This document shows, piece by piece, positions 1-11,000 of a stretch of 64,000 bases of DNA (position 1 is its first letter; each line of letters opens with the position of its first letter). Position numbers and translations under genes: made by a program. The DNA comes from Auanema rhodensis (taxonomy: Eukaryota > Animalia > Nematoda), in assembly GCA_964057225.1 (NCBI GenBank), contig OZ059896.1:5580001-5644000 (forward strand), written 5' to 3'. Under the pieces are notes generated by a model. The model had not been told where the DNA came from, made no database searches, and saw only the letters and a list, made by a program, of their open reading frames with translations.

Positions 1-351
1 TGAAAATCGAGGATATAAGTGTGAACTTATATCAGTTGATATCTCGGTGCATTTTTAAGCTAGCGCAAATCTGATAACACAGATCGACGCAGCATAAAAA
101 TCCGCATCGAATGCACTATACTACATTGAGAAACGCTTAATACAAAAATTAGTTATGATCGTTTGAAAAATGATGCATTAGTGTATGTTGAGTTTCCATG
201 TACACTCAAAATTGCTTCCAAAAACATTTTGACAAAAATTTTTTCGAAAAATTTGAAAATAATTTAGCAAAAAGTAGATGTTTTTAGATTCCTTTTTTCA
301 AGGCAAAAACGATAGACAATGTTATTCAACGAAAAAATTAATTCTTCAGGG
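1..351 (+). repeat. Representative 351-bp monomer (phase arbitrary)
   Basis: 107 of 351 bases are G/C (30.5%). Offsets 1-120 are ~37% GC and rich in dyads; offsets 221-300 are ~19% GC and rich in A/T tracts. Confidence 0.97.
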
Positions 352-362
352 TGAAAATCGAG

Positions 363-384
363 GATATAAGTGTGAACTTATATC
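363..384 (+). other. 9-bp perfect inverted repeat with GTGA loop (monomer offsets 12-33; example from monomer 2)
   Basis: GATATAAGT-GTGA-ACTTATATC; the two arms are exact reverse complements. Confidence 0.9.
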
Positions 385-394
385 AGTTGATATC

Positions 395-461
395 TCGGTG
401 CATTTTTAAGCTAGCGCAAATCTGATAACACAGATCTACGCAGCTTAAAAATCCGCATCGA
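395..461 (+). other. 67-nt imperfect fold-back (monomer offsets 44-110; example from monomer 2)
   Basis: Paired segments: TCGGTGC/GCATCGA (one G.T), ATTTTTAAGCT/AGCTTAAAAAT (perfect 11 bp), GCG/CGC and ATCTG/CAGAT, closing a 6-nt loop. Confidence 0.88.
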
Positions 462-3400
462 ATGCACTAAACTTCATTGAGAAAAGCTTAATACAAAAAT
501 TAGTTATGATCGTTTGAAAAATGATGCATTAGTGTATGTTGAGTTTCCATGTACACTCAAAATTGCTTCCAAAAACATTTTGACAAAAATTTTTTCGAAA
601 AATTTCAAAATAATTTAGCAAAAAGTAGATGTTTTTAGATTCCTTTTTTCAAGGCAAAAACGATAGACAATGTTATTCAACGAAAAAATTAATTCTTCAG
701 GGTGAAAATCGAGGATATAGGTGTGAACATATATATCAGTTGATATCTCGGTGCATTTTTAAGCTAGCGCAAATCTGATAACACAGATCGACGCAGCATA
801 AAAATCCGCATCGAATGCACTATACTACATTGAGAAACGCTTAATACAAAAATTAGTTATGATCGTTTGAAAAATGATGCATTAGTGTATGTTGAGTTTC
901 CATGTACACTCAAAATTGCTTCCAAAAACATTTTGACAAAAATTTTTTCGAAAAATTTCAAAATAATTTAGCAAAAAGTAGATGTTTTCAGATTCCTTTT
1001 TTCAAGGCAAAAACGATAGACAATGTTATTCAACGAAAAAATTAATTCTTCAGGGTGAAAATCGAGGATGTAAGTGTGAACTTATATCAGTTGATATCTC
1101 GGTGCATTTTTAAGCTAGCGCAAATCTGATAACACAGATCTACGCAGCTTAAAAATCCGCATCGAATGCACTATACTACATTGAGAAACGCTTAATACAA
1201 AAATTAGTTATGATCGTTTGAAAAATGATGCATTAGTGTATGTTGAGTTTCCATGTACACTCAAAATTGCTTCCAAAAACATTTTGACAAAAATTTTTTC
1301 GAAAAATTTCAAAATAATTTAGCAAAAAGTAGATGTTTTTAGATTTCTTTTTTCAAGGCAAAAACGATAGACAATGTTATTCAACGAAAAAATTAATTCT
1401 TCAGGGTGAAAATCGAGGATATAAGTGTGAACTTATATCAGTTGATATCTCGGTGCATTTTTAAGCTAGCGCAAATCTGATAACACAGATCTACGCAGCT
1501 TAAAAATCCGCATCGAATGCACTAAACTTCATTGAGAAAAGCTTAATACAAAAATTAGTTATGATCGTTTGAAAAATGATGCATTAGTGTATGTTGAGTT
1601 TCCATGTACACTCAAAATTGCTTCCAAAAACATTTTGACAAAAATTTTTTCGAAAAATTTGAAGATAATTTAGCAAAAAGTAGATGTTTTTAGATTCCTT
1701 TTTTCAAGGCAAAAACGATGGACAATGTTATTCAACGAAAAAATTAATTCTTCAGGGTGAAAATCGAGGATATAAGTGTGAACTTATATCAGTTGATATC
1801 TCGGTGCATTTTCAAGCTAGCGCAAATCTGATAGTACAGATCGACGCAGCTTAAAAATCCGCATCGAATGCACTATACTACATTGAGAAACGCTTAATAC
1901 AAAAATTAGTTATGATCGTTTGAAAAATGATGCATTAGTGTATGTTGAGTTTCCATGTACACTCAAAATTGCTTCCAAAAACATTTTGACAAAAATTTTT
2001 TCGAAAAATTTCAAAATAATTTAGCAAAAAGTAGATGTTTTTAGATTCCTTTTTTCAAGGCAAAAACGATAGACAATGTTATTCAACGAAAAAATTAATT
2101 CTTCAGGGTGAAAATCGAGGATATAGGTGTGAACTTATATCAGTTGATATCTCGGTGCATTTTCAAGCTAGCGCAAATCTGATAGTACAGATCGACGCAG
2201 CTTAAAAATCCGCATCGAATGCACTATACTACATTGAGAAACGCTTAATACAAAAATTAGTTATGATCGTTTGAAAAATGATGCATTAGTGTATGTTGAG
2301 TTTCCATGTACACTCAAAATTGCTTCCAAAAACATTTTGACAAAAATTTTTTCGAAAAATTTGAAAATAATTTAGCAAAAAGTAGATGTTTTTAGATTTC
2401 TTTTTTCAAGGCAAAAACGATAGACAATGTTATTCAACGAAAAAATTAATTCTTCAGGGTGAAAATCGAGGATATAAGTGTAAACTTATATCAGTTGATA
2501 TCTCGGTGCATTTTTAAGCTAGCGCAAATCTGATAACACAGATCTACGCAGCTTAAAAATCCGCATCGAATGCACTAAACTTCATTGAGAAAAGCTTAAT
2601 ACAAAAATTAGTTATGATCGTTTGAAAAATGATGCATTAGTGTATGTTGAGTTTCCATGTACACTCAAAATTGCTTCCAAAAACATTTTGACAAAAATTT
2701 TTTCGAAAAATTTCAAAATAATTTAGCAAAAAGTAGATGTTTTTAGATTCCTTTTTTCAAGGCAAAAACGATAGACAATGTTATTCAACGAAAAAATTAA
2801 TTCTTCAGGGTGAAAATCGAGGATATAGGTGTGAACTTATATCAGTTGATATCTCGGTGCATTTTCAAGCTAGCGCAAATCTGATAGTACAGATCGACGC
2901 AGCTTAAAAATCCGCATCGAATGCACTAAACTACATTGAGAAAAGCTTAATACAAAAATTAGTTATGATCGTTTGAAAAATGATGCATTAGTGTATGTTG
3001 AGTTTCCATGTACACTCAAAATTGCTTCCAAAAACATTTTGACAAAAATTTTTTCGAAAAATTTCAAAATAATTTAGCAAAAAGTAGATGTTTTTAGATT
3101 TCTTTTTTCAAGGCAAAAACGATAGACAATGTTATTCAACGAAAAAATTAATTCTTCAGGGTGAAAATCGAGGATATAAGTGTGAACTTATATCAGTTGA
3201 TATCTCGGTGCATTTTTAAGCTAGCGCAAATCTGATAACACAGATCGACGCAGCTTAAAAATCCGCATCGAATGCACTATACTACATTGAAAAACGCTTA
3301 ATACAAAAATTAGTTATGATCGTTTGAAAAATGATGCATTAGTGTATGTTGAGTTTCCATGTACACTCAAAATTGCTTCCAAAAACATTTTGACAAAAAT

Positions 3401-6400
3401 TTTTTCGAAAAATTTGAAAATAATTTAGCAAAAAGTAGATGTTTTTAGATTTCTTTTTTCAAGGCAAAAACGATAGACAATGTTATTCAACGAAAAAATT
3501 AATTCTTCAGGGTGAAAATCGAGGATATAAGTGTGAACTTATATCAGTTGATATCTCGGTGCATTTTTAAGCTAGCGCAAATCTGATAACACAGATCTAC
3601 GCAGCTTAAAAATCCGCATCGAATGCACTAAACTTCATTGAGAAAAGCTTAATACAAAAATTAGTTATGATCGTTTGAAAAATGATGCATTAGTGTATGT
3701 TGAGTTTCCATGTACACTCAAAATTGCTTCCAAAAACATTTTGACAAAAATTTTTTCGAAAAATTTGAAAATAATTTACCAAAAAGTAGATGTTTTTAGA
3801 TTTCTTTTTTCAAGGCAAAAACGATGGACAATGTTATTCAACGAAAAAATTAATTCTTCAGGGTGAAAATCGAGGATATAAGTGTGAACTTATATCAGTT
3901 GATATCTCGGTGCATTTTCAAGCTAGCGCAAATCTGATAGTACAGATCGACGCAGCTTAAAAATCCGCATCGAATGCACTATACTACATTGAGAAAAGCT
4001 TAATACAAAAATTAGTTATGATCGTTTGAAAAATGATGCATTAGTGTATGTTGAGTTTCCATGTACACTCAAAATTGCTTCCAAAAACATTTTGACAAAA
4101 ATTTTTTCGAAAAATTTGAAAATAATTTACCAAAAAGTAGATGTTTTTAGATTTCTTTTTTCAAGGCAAAAACGATGGACAATGTTATTCAACGAAAAAA
4201 TTAATTCTTCAGGGTGAAAATCGAGGATATAAGTGTGAACTTATATCAGTTGATATCTCGGTGCATTTTCAAGCTAGCGCAAATCTGATAGTACAGATCG
4301 ACGCAGCTTAAAAATCCGCATCGAATGCACTATACTACATTGAGAAACGCTTAATACAAAAATTAGTTATGATCGTTTGAAAAATGATGCATTAGTGTAT
4401 GTTGAGTTTCCATGTACACTCAAAATTGCTTCCAAAAACATTTTGACAAAAATTTTTTCGAAAAATTTCAAAATAATTTAGCAAAAAGTAGATGTTTTTA
4501 GATTCCTTTTTTCAAGGCAAAAACGATAGACAATGTTATTCAACGAAAAAATTAATTCTTCAGGGTGAAAATCGAGGATATAGGTGTGAACTTATATCAG
4601 TTGATATCTCGGTGCATTTTCAAGCTAGCGCAAATCTGATAGTACAGATCGACGCAGCTTAAAAATCCGCATCGAATGCACTATACTACATTGAGAAACG
4701 CTTAATACAAAAATTAGTTATGATCGTTTGAAAAATGATGCATTAGTGTATGTTGAGTTTCCATGTACACTCAAAATTGCTTCCAAAAACATTTTGACAA
4801 AAATTTTTTCGAAAAATTTGAAAATAATTTAGCAAAAAGTAGATGTTTTTAGATTCCTTTTTTCAAGGCAAAAACGATAGACAATGTTATTCAACGAAAA
4901 AATTAATTCTTCAGGGTGAAAATCGAGGATATAAGTGGGAACTTATATCAGTTGATATCTCGGTGCATTTTTAAGCTAGCGCAAATCTGATAACACAGAT
5001 CTACGCAGCTTAAAAATCCGCATCGAATGCACTAAACTTCATTGAGAAAAGCTTAATACAAAAATTAGTTATGATCGTTTGAAAAATGATGCATTAGTGT
5101 ATGTTGAGTTTCCATGTACACTCAAAATTGCTTCCAAAAACATTTTGACAAAAATTTTTTCGAAAAATTTGAAAATAATTTAGCAAAAAGTAGATGTTTT
5201 TAGATTCCTTTTTTCAAGGCAAAAACGATGGACAATGTTATTCAACGAAAAAATTAATTCTTCAGGGTGAAAATCGAGGATATAAGTGTGAACTTATATC
5301 AGTTGATATCTCGGTGCATTTTCAAGCTAGCGCAAATCTGATAGTACAGATCGACGCAGCTTAAAAATCCGCATCGAATGCACTATACTACATTGAGAAA
5401 CGCTTAATACAAAAATTAGTTATGATCGTTTGAAAAATGATGCATTAGTGTATGTTGAGTTTCCATGTACACTCAAAATTGCTTCCAAAAACATTTTGAC
5501 AAAAATGTTTTCGAAAAATTTCAAAATAATTTAGCAAAAAGTAGATGTTTTTAGATTCCTTTTTTCAAGGCAAAAACGATAGACAATGTTATTCAACGAA
5601 AAAATTAATTCTTCAGGGTGAAAATCGAGGATATAGGTGTGAACTTATATCAGTTGATATCTCGGTGCATTTTCAAGCTAGCGCAAATCTGATAGTACAG
5701 ATCGACGCAGCTTAAAAATCCGCATCGAATGCACTATACTACATTGAGAAACGCTTAATACAAAAATTAGTTATGATCGTTTGAAAAATGATGCATTAGT
5801 GTATGTTGAGTTTCCATGTACACTCAAAAATGCTTCCAAAAACATTTTGACAAAAATTTTTTCGAAAAATTTGAAAATAATTTAGCAAAAAGTAAATGTT
5901 TTTAGATTCCTTTTTTCAAGGCAAAAACGATAGACAATGTTATTCAACGAAAAAATTAATTCTTCAGGGTGAAAATCGAGGATATAGGTGTGAACTTATA
6001 TCAGTTGATATCTCGGTGCATTTTCAAGCTAGCGCAAATCTGATAGTACAGATCGACGCAGCTTAAAAATCCGCATCGAATGCACTATACTACATTGAGA
6101 AAAGCTTAATACAAAAATTAGTTATGATCGTTTGAAAAATGATGCATTAGTGTATGTTGAGTTTCCATGTACACTCAAAATTGCTTCCAAAAACATTTTG
6201 ACAAAAATTTTTTCGAAAAATTTGAAAATAATTTACCAAAAAGTAGATGTTTTTAGATTTCTTTTTTCAAGGCAAAAACGATGGACAATGTTATTCAACG
6301 AAAAAATTAATTCTTCAGGGTGAAAATCGAGGATATAAGTGTGAACTTATATCAGTTGATATCTCGGTGCATTTTCAAGCTAGCGCAAATCTGATAGTAC

Positions 6401-8074
6401 AGATCGACGCAGCTTAAAAATCCGCATCGAATGCACTATACTACATTGAGAAAAGCTTAATACAAAAATTAGTTATGATCGTTTGAAAAATGATGCATTA
6501 GTGTATGTTGAGTTTCCATGTACACTCAAAATTGCTTCCAAAAACATTTTGACAAAAATTTTTTCGAAAAATTTGAAAATAATTTAGCAAAAAGTAGATG
6601 TTTTTAGATTCCTTTTTTCAAGGCAAAAACGATGGACAATGTTATTCAACGAAAAAATTAATTCTTCAGGGTGAAAATCGAGGATATAAGTGTGAACTTA
6701 TATCAGTTGATATCTCGGTGCATTTTCAAGCTAGCGCAAATCTGATAGTACAGATCGACGCAGCTTAAAAATCCGCATCGAATGCACTATACTACATTGA
6801 GAAACGCTTAATACAAAAATTAGTTATGATCGTTTGAAAAATGATGCATTAGTGTATGTTGAGTTTCCATGTACACTCAAAATTGCTTCCAAAAACATTT
6901 TGACAAAAATTTTTTCGAGAAATTTCAAAATGATTTAGCAAAAAGTAGATGTTTTTAGATTCCTTTTTCAAGGCAAAAACGATAGACAATGTTATTCAAC
7001 GAAAAAATTAATTCTTCAGGGTGAAAATCGAGGATATAAGTGTGAACTTATATCAGTTGATATCTCGGTGCATTTTTAAGCTAGCGCAAATCTGATAACA
7101 CAGATCTACGCAGCTTAAAAATCCGCATCGAATGCACTAAACTTCATTGAGAAAAGCTTAATACAAAAATTAGTTATGATCGTTTGAAAAATGATGCATT
7201 AGTGTATGTTGAGTTTCCATGTACACTCAAAATTGCTTCCAAAAACATTTTGACAAAAATTTTTTCGAAAAATTTGAAAATAATTTAGCAAAAAGTAGAT
7301 GTTTTTAGATTCCTTTTTTCAAGGCAAAAACGATGGACAATGTTATTCAACGAAAAAATTAATTCTTCAGGGTGAAAATCGAGGATATAAGTGTGAACTT
7401 ATATCAGTTGATATCTCGGTGCATTTTCAAGCTAGCGCAAATCTGATAGTACAGATCGACGCAGCTTAAAAATCCGCATCGAATGCACTATACTACATTG
7501 AGAAACGCTTAATACAAAAATTAGTTATGATCGTTTGAAAAATGATGCATTAGTGTATGTTGAGTTTCCATGTACACTCAAAATTGCTTCCAAAAACATT
7601 TTGACAAAAATTTTTTCGAAAAATTTCAAAATAATTTAGCAAAAAGTAGATGTTTTTAGATTCCTTTTTTCAAGGCAAAAACGATAGACAATGTTATTCA
7701 ACGAAAAAATTAATTCTTCAGGGTGAAAATCGAGGATATAGGTGTGAACTTATATCAGTTGATATCTCGGTGCATTTTCAAGCTAGCGCAAATCTGATAG
7801 TACAGATCGACGCAGCTTAAAAATCCGCATCGAATGCACTATACTACATTGAGAAACGCTTAATACAAAAATTAGTTATGATCGTTTGAAAAATGATGCA
7901 TTAGTGTATGTTGAGTTTCCATGTACACTCAAAATTGCTTCCAAAAACATTTTGACAAAAATTTTTTCGAAAAATTTGAAAATAATTTAGCAAAAAGTAG
8001 ATGTTTTTAGATTCCTTTTTTCAAGGCAAAAACGATGGACAATGTTATTCAACGAAAAAATTAATTCTTCAGGG

Positions 8075-11000
8075 TGAAAATCGAGGATATAAGTGTGAAC
8101 TTATATCAGTTGATATCTCGGTGCATTTTCAAGCTAGCGCAAATCTGTTAGTACAGATCGACGCAGCTTACAATTCCGCATCGAATGCACTTTACTACAT
8201 TGAGAAACGCTTAATACAAAAATTAGTTATGATCGTTTGAAAAATGATGCATTAGTTTATGTTGAGTTTCCATGTACACTCAACATTGCTTCCAAAAACA
8301 TTTTGACAAAAATTTTTTCGAAAAATTTCAAAATAATTTAGCAAAAAGTAGATGTTTTTAGATTCCTTTTTTCAAGGCAAAAACGATGGACAATGTTATT
8401 CAACGAAAAAATTAATTCCTCAGGGTGAAAATCGAGGATATAAGTGTGAACTTATATCAGTTGATATCTCGGTGCATTTTTAAGCTAGCGCAAATCTGAT
8501 AACACAGATCTACGCAGCTTAAAAATCCGCAACGAATGCACTATACTACATTGAGAAAAGCTAAATACAAAAATTAGTTATGATCGTTTGAAAAATGATG
8601 CATTAGTGTATGTTGAGTTTCCATGTACACTCAAAATTGCTTCCAAAAACATTTTGACAAAAATTTTTTCGAAAAATTTCAAAATAATTTAGCAAAAAGT
8701 AGATGTTTTTAGATTCCTTTTTTCAAGGCAAAAACGATGGACAATGTTATTCAACGAAAAAAATAATTCTTCAGGGTGAAAATCGAGGATATAAGTGTGA
8801 ACTTATATCAGTTGATATCTCGGTGCATTTTTAAGCTAGCGCAAATCTGATAACACAGATCTACGCAGCTTAAAAATCCGCATCGAATGCACTATACTAC
8901 ATTGAGAAAAGCTAAATACATAAATTAGTTATGATCGTTTGAAAAATGATGCATTAGTGTATGTTGAGTTTCCATGTACACTCAACATTGCTTCCAAAAA
9001 CATTTTGACAAAAATTTTTTCGAAAAATTTCAAAATAATTTAGCAAAAAGTAGATGTTTTTAGATTCCTTTTTTCAAGGCAAAAACGATGGACAATGTTA
9101 TTCAACGAAAAAATTAATTCCTCAGGGTGAAAATCGAGGATATAAGTGTGAACTTATATCAGTTGATATCTCGGTGCATTTTTAAGCTAGCGCAAATCTG
9201 TTAGTACAGATCGAAGCAGCTTAAAAATCCGCATCGAATGCACTATACTACATTGAGAAAAGCTAAATACAAAAATTAGTTATGATCGTTTGAAAAATGA
9301 TGCATTAGTGTATGTTGAGTTTCCATGTACACTCAAAATTGCTTCCAAAAACATTTTGACAAAAATTTTTTCGAAAAATTTCAAAATAATTTAGCGAAAA
9401 GTAGATGTTTTTAGATTCCTTTTTTCGAGGCAAAAACGATAGACAATGTTATTCAACGAAAAAATTAATTCTTCAGGGTGAAAATCGAGGATATAGGTGT
9501 GAACTTATATCAGTTGATATCTCGGTGCATTTTCAAGCTAGCGCAAATCTGATAGTACAGATCGACGCAGCTTAAAAATCCGCATCGAATGCACTATACT
9601 ACATTGAGAAACGCTTAATACAAAAATTAGTTATGATCGTTTGAAAAATGATGCATTAGTGTATGTTGAGTTTCCATGTACACTCAAAATTGCTTCCAAA
9701 AACATTTTGACAAAAATTTTTTCGAAAAATTTGAAAATAATTTAGCAAAAAGTAGATGTTTTTAGATTCCTTTTTTCAAGGCAAAAACGATGGACAATGT
9801 TATTCAACGAAAAAATTAATTCTTCAGGGTGAAAATCGAGGATATAAGTGTGAACTTATATCAGTTGATATCTCGGTGCATTTTCAAGCTAGCGCAAATC
9901 TGATAGTACAGATCGACGCAGCTTAAAAATCCGCATCGAATGCACTATACTACATTGAGAAACGCTTAATACAAAAATTAGTTATGATCGTTTGAAAAAT
10001 GATGCATTAGTGTATGTTGAGTTTCCATGTACACTCAAAATTGCTTCCAAAAACATTTTGACAAAAATTTTTTCGAAAAATTTGAAAATAATTTAGCAAA
10101 AAGTAGATGTTTTTAGATTCCTTTTTTCAAGGCAAAAACGATGGACAATGTTATTCAACGAAAAAATTAATTCTTCAGGGTGAAAATCGAGGATATAAGT
10201 GTGAACTTATATCAGTTGATATCTCGGTGCATTTTCAAGCTAGCGCAAATCTGATAGTACAGATCGACGCAGCTTAAAAATCCGCATCGAATGCACTATA
10301 CTACATTGAGAAACGCTTAATACAAAAATTAGTTATGATCGTTTGAAAAATGATGCATTAGTGTATGTTGAGTTTCCATGTACACTCAAAATTGCTTCCA
10401 AAAACATTTTGACAAAAATTTTTTCGAGAAATTTCAAAATGATTTAGCAAAAAGTAGATGTTTTTAGATTCCTTTTTCAAGGCAAAAACGATAGACAATG
10501 TTATTCAACGAAAAAATTAATTCTTCAGGGTGAAAATCGAGGATATAGGTGTGAACTTATATCAGTTGATATCTCGGTGCATTTTCAAGCTAGCGCAAAT
10601 CTGATAACACAGATCGACGCAGGTTAAAAATCCGCATCGAATGCACTATACTACATTGAGAAAAGCTAAATACAAAAATTAGTTATGATCGTTTGAAAAA
10701 TGATGCATTAGTGTATGTTGAGTTTCCATGTACACTCAAAATTGCTTCCAAAAACATTTTGACAAAAATTTTTTCGAAAAATTTGAAAATAATTTAGCAA
10801 AAAGTAGATGTTTTTAGATTCCTTTTTTCAAGGCAAAAACGATGGACAATGTTATTCAACGAAAAAATTAATTCTTCAGGGTGAAAATCGAGGATATAAG
10901 TGTGAACTTATATCAGTTGATATCTCGGTGCATTTTTAAGCTAGCGCAAATCTGATAACACAGATCTACGCAGCTTAAAAATCCGCATCGAATGCACTAT

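Larger units (their letters stand above)
1..8074. repeat. Satellite haplotype domain A
   Basis: Enriched for AAATTTGAAA (G at offset 255) and CGATAGAC. AAACTTCATTG and ATTTACCAAA are seen only here. The G255 and GATAG variants are not seen after ~11.5 kb and ~20 kb respectively. Confidence 0.8.

Noticed and set aside
242-260. CENP-B box near TTCGAAAAA
   Set aside because: It has TTCG-N4-A but lacks the required CGGG of NTTCGNNNNANNCGGGN.
1-351. 5S rDNA, tRNA, snRNA or spliced-leader tandem gene unit
   Set aside because: I see no recognisable 5S, tRNA cloverleaf, Pol III A/B box or spliced-leader sequence. An Rfam cmscan would be the formal test.
1-351. Monomer as a dimer of ~175-bp subunits
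   Set aside because: Only short AT-rich similarities exist (TGAAAATCGA at 1 versus TGAAAAATGA at 164), with no extended colinear match by eye.
1-351. Assignment to a named satellite (Drosophila 359-bp, Tribolium or Pimelia ~350-360-bp families)
   Set aside because: Only length and AT content are similar. I cannot confirm sequence homology without a database search.
347-356. CAGGGTG resembling a Tc1/mariner-type MITE terminus
   Set aside because: It is not preceded by a TA target site and there is no matching CACCCTG in the monomer. Seven bases is too little evidence.
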